This document shows, one piece after another, positions 54,677-63,097 of a stretch of DNA of 64,000 nt. The stretch's first letter is position 1. Every line of letters starts with the position of its first letter. A program made the position numbers and the translations under genes. The DNA lies in the IMG/VR virus record IMGVR_UViG_3300012921_000081, positions 1,206-65,205 of that record; one strand, 5' to 3'. Under the pieces are notes generated by a model. That model was not told the DNA's origin. It saw only the letters and a program-made list of their open reading frames with translations, and did no database searches. The stretch is from a virus.

Positions 54677-55856
54677 TCTGTGGTCCTTGTGTTTGTTCGC
54701 CGCGGTCGATGCGCAGCGTGTCGGTGGGCACTTCCAGGGAGACTCCCGCGGCGGCGGCCATCAGCGAGAGGACGCGGAGTTCCAAGTGCGGAGACTGGAG
54801 CTGCTCGATTTCGGTTGTGATCACGGCGCCCGTGGCGAGTGTGCGATTGCTCTCGATGGCGCGCGAAGCCGAACGGCAGAACGCGCCGAATGCGGCGTGG
54901 TCCGCGTGTGACCCCGCGAACCGTTCGGCCCTGCGAACCAACAACGCTCTGAATGCCTCGGCGACAGCGGGCGATGTCGGCGCCGGAGAATCCTGCGTGG
55001 GGGTCTGAGCGCGTGCTCTCGCGGCGAGGCGGCGATTGTCTTCGCGAACCCATGCCTTGTACCCGTCGAGGTGCTCCTCGCCCGTGCGGAGGAACTTCTC
55101 TGCGAGTTTGGCGGGATACACAATCCGCCCTGTCGCGCACGCCGTGTTGAGACGGTCGGCGACGTAGCGCACCTTGGTCATGCTCATGCCTTCGAGATGC
55201 GAGAGCTCGAAGGCAGTCGCGGTGCAGACCCCCAGGTGTTCGATGGCCTCGACGATGGCATCGATTTCATCCGGCGAGAGATTGCTGCCTCCGCCTCCTC
55301 CGCTTTCATGCTCGCGGATACCGCCCGCGTCGGCTGGGTGGGGCTTGGCCTGATGTTGTTGAGGATGTTCTGACTGTTCAGGATGTTCAGGTGCCAAAGC
55401 TCTGACACCTTTGTAATCCTGTTTTGACACCTTAGTTGATCTGGTTTGACACCTTTGTTGAGCAGGTGTGACACCTTTGTGTTGCGAATAAGGTGTCAAA
55501 GCTGTGACACCAATGCATACCCCGGTATCGGCAGTCGCGACGGAACCGAACAAGGTCTGCTGCTGCTCAAGCCAATCGAGCTCGATGCGGATTACGTGCG
55601 TCTGCTTGTACCCCTGGCCGCGACGCACGAAGGAAATCGCACCGACACGTTCAAGTTCGGCAAGGCGGCGAATAACTGTGCTTCGGGAGGCACCCAAAGC
55701 GGTACCGAGTGACTGCAGTGACGGCCGGAGGCACCCGTCGTCCCAACCCATCCACTGCACCATGGCCAGCAGAACATGGCGGAGCTTGGGCTCAAGCCTC
55801 GCACACCCGTTGATTGCTTCGATGGCACGCTGAGGACCAGTGACGGGGCGGCTCAT
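54663..55856 (-). CDS. Phage replication initiator (N-terminal HTH)
   Basis: RPSLQSLGTALGASRSTVIRRLAELERVGAI; iterons inside the gene. Confidence 0.8.
   Translation of the reverse strand: MSRPVTGPQRAIEAINGCARLEPKLRHVLLAMVQWMGWDDGCLRPSLQSLGTALGASRSTVIRRLAELERVGAISFVRRGQGYKQTHVIRIELDWLEQQQTLFGSVATADTGVCIGVTALTPYSQHKGVTPAQQRCQTRSTKVSKQDYKGVRALAPEHPEQSEHPQQHQAKPHPADAGGIREHESGGGGGSNLSPDEIDAIVEAIEHLGVCTATAFELSHLEGMSMTKVRYVADRLNTACATGRIVYPAKLAEKFLRTGEEHLDGYKAWVREDNRRLAARARAQTPTQDSPAPTSPAVAEAFRALLVRRAERFAGSHADHAAFGAFCRSASRAIESNRTLATGAVITTEIEQLQSPHLELRVLSLMAAAAGVSLEVPTDTLRIDRGEQTQGPQNVAL
55390..55511. promoter_or_regulatory. Putative replication origin: TGACACC iterons
   Basis: TGACACC at 55403, 55425, 55447, 55469 (22-bp period) and 55505; inverted copy 55492-55498; AT-richer patch. 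Confidence 0.8.
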
Positions 55857-56137
55857 ACGGGAATCCCCCCGTCGAAGAGCGACCTAGGACCAGCGGCGTT
55901 CCTTGCCTCCGTGGCGACCCCAGGGACCTCCACATCGATTCCGTTCTTGGCCAGGACGCGCACGACCTTCCGAGCCACCAATCGCCACCGTGCCTGGTCA
56001 CGCTCACCCAGCTGCCAATAGCGGAGCTTGCCCCAGCGCTGGATCTCGATCTCGTGTTCGGGGGTGTCGAACGCTTCCGCGATCACGGCGGCGAGGTCTT
56101 CAATGACTTGGTCGTTGTCGTTGTCGGTGGAGGGCAT
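55853..56137 (-). CDS. Small hypothetical protein
   Basis: ORF track; coupled to the initiator gene. Confidence 0.65.
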   Translation of the reverse strand: MPSTDNDNDQVIEDLAAVIAEAFDTPEHEIEIQRWGKLRYWQLGERDQARWRLVARKVVRVLAKNGIDVEVPGVATEARNAAGPRSLFDGGIPV

Positions 56138-56214
56138 CGTGCTCGTCCAGGGAAGGCGGGGATAGAAAGCGACCCGCGCCGCCGGTAGACGGCGCGAGTG
56201 CGGAGGAGAGAGAG

Positions 56215-57306
56215 CTACTTGGTGGAGGCGACCTGCGTGCCAGGGCGAGGGCTCAGCGGCGACGTCGTGCGCGATTGGACCGATTCACGCGTTGCCTCAC
56301 CCCGCGCGGCGGAGGCCTGCTGCATGAAATCGTGTGTGGTGAAGTCGCCCGGCTTCGGGTAGGGAGCACCCTTCGAAAGCGCAACCTCGATTGCAATCGC
56401 CGCGGCCTCGCGGGCAGAGGCCTCCGCCTTCTCCTGTGTGCGGCCATCCGCCATGCACATAGGAAGTTCCTTGGTCCATCCGACGAACCCAACGTCCTTG
56501 TCTGGTTGGATGTGCAGCGTGTACTGGGCGGCGATCTCGCGTGCTCGCGCAAGTGAATCCTGAGACTTGTCAGTCGCCTGCGCCTTTTCAGCTACCTCGG
56601 CCATCATGCCGGCGACGGCCTCGGCCGCTGACCCGCGCGGCGGTGTTGTCGAGGGAGCGCTCGACGGATCCTCGTCGACTTCGCCGTCGGGGAAGAAATC
56701 AGAACCGGTGACGGTCGAGTAGATGTATGCCAGCATCTTCCGCGTTGCCTTGCCAAGGATGGCGTCGACGCCCTGGCCCTTGTTGGTGCGCACAGGGATG
56801 TCGCGATGCAGGTTCTTCTTCTCGCCTTTCAGTTGAAACTCGGCGTCGTACGGAACGACGGCACCCTCAGTCAGGACACGGGGAAGACCAGGCTTCATGA
56901 CGAGATCTGACAGGCCGGGATACTCGCGGACCAAGCGCGTGAAACCTTCGCGCGTGATGTACGTGCGTCCGGCGATGATGTTGAACTCGTTACCGACCGG
57001 CATTACGCCGCGAACGAGGGCCTCAAGCATGCAATCGCGGACGGTCTTGAGCGGATATCCCCCGTCGTCAGCGCGGTCCGTGCGGAACCCCAAGGGGGTG
57101 TCCTGCAGCTCCATGATGTCCAGCATCATCTTGTCACTCAAGTATCCGCGGATCATGCGGATGGCCTGTGACATCACAATGGCCTTCTTGATTGCGGGGA
57201 CCTGCGACAACGCAAGCTCTTTAGCGCTGTCGATGGTCTGCTGAATCTCGACGTACTGCGCTTCTGACTTGTCAGCGACCTTTGCCAACGTATTCGAATC
57301 GTTCAT
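56215..57306 (-). CDS. Putative single-strand annealing recombinase with C-terminal HicB-like domain
   Basis: Follows the RecE-like gene; GNEFNIIAGRTYITREG core; C-terminal YTLHIQPDKDVGFVGWTKELPMCMADGRTQEKAEASAREA (HicB-like). Confidence 0.6.
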   Translation of the reverse strand: MNDSNTLAKVADKSEAQYVEIQQTIDSAKELALSQVPAIKKAIVMSQAIRMIRGYLSDKMMLDIMELQDTPLGFRTDRADDGGYPLKTVRDCMLEALVRGVMPVGNEFNIIAGRTYITREGFTRLVREYPGLSDLVMKPGLPRVLTEGAVVPYDAEFQLKGEKKNLHRDIPVRTNKGQGVDAILGKATRKMLAYIYSTVTGSDFFPDGEVDEDPSSAPSTTPPRGSAAEAVAGMMAEVAEKAQATDKSQDSLARAREIAAQYTLHIQPDKDVGFVGWTKELPMCMADGRTQEKAEASAREAAAIAIEVALSKGAPYPKPGDFTTHDFMQQASAARGEATRESVQSRTTSPLSPRPGTQVASTK

Positions 57307-57411
57307 GTGTGGTTCCTTTCCCGCGAAAGTGCGGAAAGGGGCGTGATGGACTCGAACCATCAAGCGTGGCCAGAACCGTCGCTTCGGCACGACGGAACCC
57401 ACGCCCGCCCC
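57307..57411 (-). ncRNA. tRNA-like element A plus SD-sequestering hairpin (leader of SSAP gene)
   Basis: GGGGCG/CGCCCC closing stem, T-arm GATGG-TTCGAGT-CCATC, 74 nt; followed by CCTTTCCGC-N6-GCGGGAAAGGAACC-ACAC-ATG. Confidence 0.65.
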
Positions 57412-57416
57412 TCGAT

Positions 57417-58316
57417 TCAGTTGTGCGAGGGACCGCCTGTGTAGCGCGACGAGTAGTAAACCCGCAGGTCGATCGGCCGCACCCCAGTTGGGAGGCCGGG
57501 CCATTCACCGGTGCGCAGACACATTGCGTAGTCGTTGAGAGCGCCGCGATATTCCTTCGCCGCGTAGCCCCGCATCAGCGTGTCCACCTCGGTCGTCGGG
57601 TAGTACGCGGCGATCTTGTAGGGTGCGGAGTTCTGAATAGCGAACCACTGGCCTGGCACGTTCTCCCGTCCCAGGATCCGCAGACCTTCCTCCTGCATGT
57701 GATCCTGGATGTGATAGCCGTACTCCCCGATGCTCCGCGCAAATCCGTCGGGAGTTGGGTCAGCGCAGGACTTGAAGTCAACGCGCGTGCCAGCCTTGGA
57801 ACCCTTCGGCCAGATGATCATGTCAGCACGCGCCTTGCAGCGAACGCCAGTCTCGGGGTCCACCCACGTGAAACTCACTTCAACGTTGCAGTCACGACCG
57901 CCGGAGATCCGCTGCTCCATCATGGCGGAGATCTCCGGATGCTTCAGCATGTTCGCGCGAATGCGGCGGATCGCCTGGACATCGTCATCCCAGGCGATGA
58001 TCTTGCCCGGGTGCTTGGCCTGATAGTCCTTGACGCCTTGAGCGTCTCTGGTCTTGTAGATCTCACCATTCGGCTTTGGCGGAGGGGGAATCATCAGCGA
58101 CGGGAGCCGCTCGGGCTCAAGCATCGCGGCATGAAGCAACGTGCCGAAGGCCATCTGGTCCGAAGTCTTTTCCGCTTCGTCGAGGTGCTCACGGACGTCG
58201 GCCATCGACACCCGTGCCCACTTGAGGGCGGAGAAGTTGATGGCCTCCCATTCGTTGTACTCGTGAAATGGAACGCCGAAGTAGATGCCGGGTGGAGGGG
58301 GTGGTACACGATTCAT
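57417..58316 (-). CDS. RecE/exonuclease VIII-like PD-(D/E)XK nuclease (DUF3799-like)
   Basis: INFSALK, MAFGTLLHAAMLEP, EVSFTW..ETGVRCKARAD, DFKS, YGYHIQ. Confidence 0.88.
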   Translation of the reverse strand: MNRVPPPPPGIYFGVPFHEYNEWEAINFSALKWARVSMADVREHLDEAEKTSDQMAFGTLLHAAMLEPERLPSLMIPPPPKPNGEIYKTRDAQGVKDYQAKHPGKIIAWDDDVQAIRRIRANMLKHPEISAMMEQRISGGRDCNVEVSFTWVDPETGVRCKARADMIIWPKGSKAGTRVDFKSCADPTPDGFARSIGEYGYHIQDHMQEEGLRILGRENVPGQWFAIQNSAPYKIAAYYPTTEVDTLMRGYAAKEYRGALNDYAMCLRTGEWPGLPTGVRPIDLRVYYSSRYTGGPSHN

Positions 58317-58350
58317 GACGGGACCTTTCTTCATGGCGCGGAGTGACCGC

Positions 58351-58731
58351 TCACGCGCACTGGTTGGAAACGGGCTGTTGCTGAATGGCGATGACGCCAG
58401 CGATCGCGTCGAGCTCCGCGGCGAGTTGCTGCAGATCCGCCGCTTCGTACTTGGCCACGTGGCCAGCAATGTCACGAAGCGACCTGGCGACGCGCGCGAG
58501 GTTCTTGGCCTGGGATGACTGGCAGATCGCGGCGAACGCGTTGTTGGCCAAGGCCATGACGAACTCGCGTACTTCCGGGGTTGCGGATTCGAGAACACAC
58601 CGACCGCCGTAGTCGGTCGGCTCGTTCTCGTAGGTGGTTGGAGCGTGCCGACTGATAAGCGCATCGGCTTGGTGAGATTTAGACCACGGGAGATACAGCG
58701 GTGCCTGACCGGGAGCGGGGGGAGTGGTCAT
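58351..58731 (-). CDS. Hypothetical protein
   Basis: ORF track; ATGA overlap. Confidence 0.65.
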   Translation of the reverse strand: MTTPPAPGQAPLYLPWSKSHQADALISRHAPTTYENEPTDYGGRCVLESATPEVREFVMALANNAFAAICQSSQAKNLARVARSLRDIAGHVAKYEAADLQQLAAELDAIAGVIAIQQQPVSNQCA

Positions 58732-59036
58732 GCCTGAAGTTCCATGAGTTGAGACTGCAGCTGGTCAAACGCCTGCAGCGCAGCCGGGGGAATGAACGAT
58801 GGGTTGGCGAGGGAGACGACTTCGTGCGGATAGACGGTGTCGGGATCAGTGACGCGCTGCTTGCGCTCAAGCCACTTCCAAGCACGCATGGATCTCACGG
58901 TTCCGTCCCGCCGCAACCGGATCGATCGCACAAGGCAGATCTGCGAGGTCACGGCGGACAGGCGGACGTTGATGATGTCGCCGACCTTGATGGTGAGCAG
59001 CGATCGGTTGTGCCCGCGAATCTGGTGAGAGGTCAT
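58728..59036 (-). CDS. Hypothetical protein
   Basis: Start at ATG 59036 (MTSHQIRG), ATGA-coupled. Confidence 0.6.
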   Translation of the reverse strand: MTSHQIRGHNRSLLTIKVGDIINVRLSAVTSQICLVRSIRLRRDGTVRSMRAWKWLERKQRVTDPDTVYPHEVVSLANPSFIPPAALQAFDQLQSQLMELQA

Positions 59037-59443
59037 GCGCCACCGCCTTCTCGCACGACCTCGTAGCCATCCTGCCTCGACTTTGAGAACCTCTGACCGG
59101 ACGCGATGAACTCTCGAATGAACACAAGTGCGCGACGGCACTGATCGAAGTCGAACATCCCAAAATGGGTGTCGTCTACAGGGATCTTCATCTTCTTCGA
59201 GAGCCACAGATAGGCGTTCCGCCGCCGACGTCCGCGTCCGGTCTTGTGGTCTCTCCACAAAGGGTCGAAGAGACAATGGCACTCATTGCGAATGGTGCGC
59301 GTTTCCTGATCGGCCGGCGTGCTTGTCCGACCGTCCCAGCATCCAACGGTGCAACCGGGGTACGTGCACGCGTGGAACACGCCGTAGCGCGTATTGCGAG
59401 GTTGCAATACCACCGCGTGCTTCGGGCAGGTGAGCACGGTCAT
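59033..59443 (-). CDS. Zinc-finger protein (DUF3268-like)
   Basis: CPKH...C..PGC..GC...A....R..R..CH..FDPLW...AY.WL...M.I....H.GMFD..QC. Confidence 0.75.
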   Translation of the reverse strand: MTVLTCPKHAVVLQPRNTRYGVFHACTYPGCTVGCWDGRTSTPADQETRTIRNECHCLFDPLWRDHKTGRGRRRRNAYLWLSKKMKIPVDDTHFGMFDFDQCRRALVFIREFIASGQRFSKSRQDGYEVVREGGGA

Positions 59444-60318
59444 GTGCCACCTCCCGACTTGGAAGCCATGGCCTTGCACGCGGCGACAAGGTCAGCTGTC
59501 GCCTTGGCTTTCTTGGCGTAGTCGTCCTTGATCTTCGCGATCTGCTCGTCGGCATATGCCCCGTCGTTGTCGTGCACGCGCTCAAGCTTCTCGATCACAT
59601 CGGCAGGAACCGGAATGCCAAGCCGAACGCACGACCGCACCAGCTCGACGTGGAGACGACTAAATCCACTCGCTCGATTCTCGTCGAACACCCGCGCTGC
59701 AATCTTGGTCGCCTCCGCGAGCGCTTCTTCGTATGACGTGCAGGGGATACACGTGTACCTGCCACAACCACTGCCGTCGTTGTAATCGTGAATCTTCCAT
59801 GACAGATCGCCCTGGGAGGATCCGTAGAGCGTCAGGAGCTTGAACTCTTGCGGAACCCTGCCGTAATGATCCGGCTTGCCGGACCTGGACTGAGGGATGA
59901 TCTCAAGACCGTCGTACTGCTCTCGCACAAAGTGCGTGACCTTGCCATCGATGAAGTCCTGAATGCGCGACAGGGCGGGAATGGCCGTTGTCTTGGCGAG
60001 CGCGGCAGCAAGCGACGTTTCAGCCCCGCGAATCTTGCTCGTGAGGTCGTTCAGTGTCTGCCGGGCATCTTCTGCGCGTTTCTCAAGGTCGATCGCGATC
60101 TCGTGCCGCTTTGGAACCCATGGGGATGTGAACGCCTGGCTAAGCACCACCGGGTACTCGGACGCGCGCACGCCGTAGTCATCGTCGGTGAACAGCTGTG
60201 CGGCCACGATTCCGTGAGCGGTCCAAGCGAGCATTTGGTACGCGTTGCCCTGATCATCGAAGATGTTCGACCCTTCCGGAGTCGATGTGTCGACAAGGTT
60301 GGCGGGTGCATCACTCAT
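59440..60318 (-). CDS. Hypothetical protein
   Basis: 292 aa; coupled on both sides. Confidence 0.75.
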   Translation of the reverse strand: MSDAPANLVDTSTPEGSNIFDDQGNAYQMLAWTAHGIVAAQLFTDDDYGVRASEYPVVLSQAFTSPWVPKRHEIAIDLEKRAEDARQTLNDLTSKIRGAETSLAAALAKTTAIPALSRIQDFIDGKVTHFVREQYDGLEIIPQSRSGKPDHYGRVPQEFKLLTLYGSSQGDLSWKIHDYNDGSGCGRYTCIPCTSYEEALAEATKIAARVFDENRASGFSRLHVELVRSCVRLGIPVPADVIEKLERVHDNDGAYADEQIAKIKDDYAKKAKATADLVAACKAMASKSGGGT

Positions 60319-60647
60319 GCCACACCCCCAGCCGCGGCCTTCTTGGTCATCGCGACCGCAGCCGCGAGATAGAGTTCTGCTTGCCGCTGGAGCGCCTTTG
60401 ACTCGCTGACGAAGATCTCGTCAGTGTCGATCGCACGTTCGTGAGCACTGCGCGGATTTGAGCAGTAGTCGATGAAAGCCCAGCCGTCACTTGGCGAATG
60501 CCCGAAGCCGACGCCACACCTCGACACTTCGAACCGCGGCGCATCGCTTGACGTGCTTCGGACCCACCACACGTCCGAAGTCGTTATGTCCTTCGCCGCG
60601 ACGCCGTCGGCCGTCACCAGTTCTCCGATTGTGGGTGCATACTTCAT
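60315..60647 (-). CDS. Hypothetical protein
   Basis: ORF track; coupled. Confidence 0.65.
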   Translation of the reverse strand: MKYAPTIGELVTADGVAAKDITTSDVWWVRSTSSDAPRFEVSRCGVGFGHSPSDGWAFIDYCSNPRSAHERAIDTDEIFVSESKALQRQAELYLAAAVAMTKKAAAGGVA

Positions 60648-60853
60648 GCCGCACCCCCGACTACCTTGCCATTGCGACAGATCGCGATCACGGTCTCAGA
60701 GTGGAGGAGTGGACCTGCGGCGCACACGCGGAAGCTGCTGCAGTCGGATGGCTGGACCAGCATCACGGGGTCATGTGCGATTGCGGAACACGCGCGGGCA
60801 TGTGCCACTGCCAGGTCGAGCGAGTCAAACGTGGAAGGAAGGTGCTCGTTCAA
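60644..60853 (-). CDS. Small hypothetical protein
   Basis: ORF track; coupled. Confidence 0.6.
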   Translation of the reverse strand: MNEHLPSTFDSLDLAVAHARACSAIAHDPVMLVQPSDCSSFRVCAAGPLLHSETVIAICRNGKVVGGAA

Positions 60854-62181
60854 GCCGCACCTCCAGCCTGTGCCGCAAGGGTCTTGGTGCTGACAACGCG
60901 GCCTTCTTCCAGGATGATGTTCTGACCTTCCGCAGCCTTGGCTGTGGCGACTTCGAGGATGAGCTGGAAGCCGAACTGGTGAGCGAGGTCGCGCAACATG
61001 GCGATCGTCGGTCCCTGCATGACATCGGCGTCACGGAACAGCATCACGCGGAGGTGCGGAGACTGACGCATTGCCACGTGGGCCGACACCAGGATCTGCG
61101 TGGCGCGGTTCACCTGGCTGAACAGCACGCCGTTCACGCGGAGGTTGCCCTCATCGTCAAACGCCAGGCCCTTGACCGGGATCTTCGTGTTCTTCAGCAG
61201 TTCGCGCTTGCGCTCGCCGATGTCCTCGATGCGACGCTGCTGCTCTTCATACTGCCGCGCCTTGATATCACGCCGCTCCAGAAGCCGGCGACGCTCCTGG
61301 CGCTGCCGCGCGGTTCTGTTCAGTTGGTCGATCTCGCCAAGCTGCTTCTCAATTGCAGAGACATCCGGATCAATAAGCGCCTCAATGGTGGGAGCGACGG
61401 GGCCGAGATCGGCGACGGCCGCGGCGTGCTTAGCCTTAGCCGAAGCGAGCTCCCGCTCCAGGGATTCGATAATCGTCTCAATGCTCTTGATGGTGTTGCG
61501 GCTGTCAGCAAGCCACTGGCGCTGAAGGTTGTTGTCGCGGATCTTTGCAAGCGCGCTTGCGTGTTCCTCGCGCAGTTGAGCGGCGTTGGTTTCCTCGTCG
61601 GGACCCTTGATGTCTGGAACGAGCGTCAGAGCGCCCTCGATCGACTTGAGCTCGACACCGGCGTCGCGGCGGAGCATGGTCGCATCGGCGAGCGCCGTGT
61701 CGAGAGCGGCGAACGCATCGGTCAGCCCGAGGACACGCCGCATCTCGTCGGCCTGGTCGCGCGGCTTGAGCCGGTAGAACTCACCAACGTCAAAGCAGCG
61801 TTCTGCCCGGAGCAGTTCCAGGAACCGCTGCGGCGGCATGTCAATCGGATTGCCTTCGCTGTCGGTGATCTTGACGGTGCGCGTGCCCTTCGCGGTCTGT
61901 GTTGCAGAGACGGTGTAACCGCTCAGCTTCCCAAGCACCTTGCACTTGTCCGCACCGATGCGCACGGGCTCGACGTTCGTGCCGTTCTTCTCGCCGAGCA
62001 TGAACTGGATGGCGTCGAGGAATGAAGTCTTCCCGGATCCGTTTGGCCCGGATACTTCGACGGTGTCTGCCTCCAAGTCCACCTGCAGGAAGCGGATGCC
62101 CTGGAAGTTTTCAATCGTGAGAGCGATGAGCTGCTGCGGCGCGACGTCGGGTACGTTCGAATCAAGTGCCTTGCTGACCAT
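60850..62181 (-). CDS. SMC/Rad50-like AAA ATPase
   Basis: LTIENFQGI, GPNGSGKTS, long coiled coil, C-terminal ABC half with degenerate signature (FSQVNRATQ). Confidence 0.85.
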   Translation of the reverse strand: MVSKALDSNVPDVAPQQLIALTIENFQGIRFLQVDLEADTVEVSGPNGSGKTSFLDAIQFMLGEKNGTNVEPVRIGADKCKVLGKLSGYTVSATQTAKGTRTVKITDSEGNPIDMPPQRFLELLRAERCFDVGEFYRLKPRDQADEMRRVLGLTDAFAALDTALADATMLRRDAGVELKSIEGALTLVPDIKGPDEETNAAQLREEHASALAKIRDNNLQRQWLADSRNTIKSIETIIESLERELASAKAKHAAAVADLGPVAPTIEALIDPDVSAIEKQLGEIDQLNRTARQRQERRRLLERRDIKARQYEEQQRRIEDIGERKRELLKNTKIPVKGLAFDDEGNLRVNGVLFSQVNRATQILVSAHVAMRQSPHLRVMLFRDADVMQGPTIAMLRDLAHQFGFQLILEVATAKAAEGQNIILEEGRVVSTKTLAAQAGGAA

Positions 62182-62296
62182 TGTCTGGTTCCTTTCCCGC
62201 GGTATTGCGGAAAGGCGTGGGGAGGGGTCGAACCTCCCGGAGCCCGTGCGTCGTCCCGAAGAAGGTCTCGAAGGGACGACGTGCCCACACACGCCT
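62182..62296 (-). ncRNA. tRNA-like element B plus SD-sequestering hairpin (leader of SMC-like ATPase gene)
   Basis: AGGCGTG/CACGCCT 7-bp closing stem, T-arm GGGAGG-TTCGACC-CCTCCC; followed by CCTTTCCGC-N6-GCGGGAAAGGAACC-AGACA-ATG. Confidence 0.65.
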
Positions 62297-62314
62297 CAAT
62301 GCGTGTGGGGCTGA

Positions 62315-62845
62315 TCAGTTGTCGCGAGAGATCTGGGAGTCGCGGAGGCGGTCGTAGTCCTCGATCTCTGGCGCGGCGTCGCGTTCGTAGAACTTGCCGC
62401 AGTCATCACATTCGAGGCCGCCGTTGCATGCGGACATTCCGACTTCGGGATCCGCCTGCGATGGCGACGAATCAATGAACTTGGTGCAACCGCAATCGCC
62501 ACAGACGGGCGCGTCGAAGTCGAACTCGGGAGTTACCACAGGAGCGGAGACCTTGCGGGCGAAGGTCTTGATCACCTGGTCGGTGTCACGAAGGCGACGA
62601 AACAGCGCGGCATCGGCTTGGGTTCTGCAAGCTTGGCACAAGACAGCGCAGTACTCCCCGGAATCGCCGCGGCTGCCGGTGCTGAGCTTGCCGCACTCGA
62701 TGCAGGGGCGGAGAGAAACGGCCGGGGCAGGCGAGCCTTGCGACTCGCCCGCGCCCGGCACTCGGGGGGGGCGGCTGTAATCGGCGACGATCTTGGGAGC
62801 GATCACCCCAACGACCTCGTCGAGGTTCGCCTCGGCCCGGGTCAT
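62315..62845 (-). CDS. Multi-zinc-finger hypothetical protein (first early gene)
   Basis: CIEC...C...CQAC and CGDC...CDDC pairs; ATG at 62845. Confidence 0.6.
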   Translation of the reverse strand: MTRAEANLDEVVGVIAPKIVADYSRPPRVPGAGESQGSPAPAVSLRPCIECGKLSTGSRGDSGEYCAVLCQACRTQADAALFRRLRDTDQVIKTFARKVSAPVVTPEFDFDAPVCGDCGCTKFIDSSPSQADPEVGMSACNGGLECDDCGKFYERDAAPEIEDYDRLRDSQISRDN

Positions 62846-63069
62846 TGCCCCGTTCACGCGGGCGGCGGACCGGGCCAGCAGATCGGTCCCAAGACGCGCG
62901 GACGGGCAGACACGGTCGGGGATCAGGGCGGCGGGGAGGGCGGAACGGGAGGAGCGGGAGGGGCATTCCATGCCTGGCTTCCTTTCGGGAGCCGGAGGCA
63001 TGCTTCAAGGGTGTCCAAGGTCCGCCTATAGGCATCTAGGATGCCCAAGATGACCTCGGGTGATAGAGC

Positions 63070-63097
63070 CGGGGGTTCGATTCCCCCCGGCTCCATT
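63070..63097 (+). repeat. attR core (displaced tmRNA 3' end)
   Basis: 28/28 identical to 2551-2578. Confidence 0.95.

Larger units (their letters stand above)
2551..63097. mobile_element. Temperate siphovirus-type prophage integrated in ssrA (HK97-like head, GTA-like tail tip)
   Basis: Flanking 28-bp att repeats, integrase next to attL, and terminase, portal, protease, capsid, tail, replication and recombination modules in a coherent order. Confidence 0.95.

Noticed and set aside
57338-57411. Calling the T-arm elements (also 62213-62296) canonical tRNA genes
   Set aside because: No D-arm consensus, no 7-nt anticodon loop in the right place and no encoded CCA; reported as tRNA-like instead.
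62846-63001. Longer N-terminus of ORF 62315..63001
   Set aside because: Pro/Arg-rich and overlaps the attP-form integrase tail; ATG 62845 preferred.
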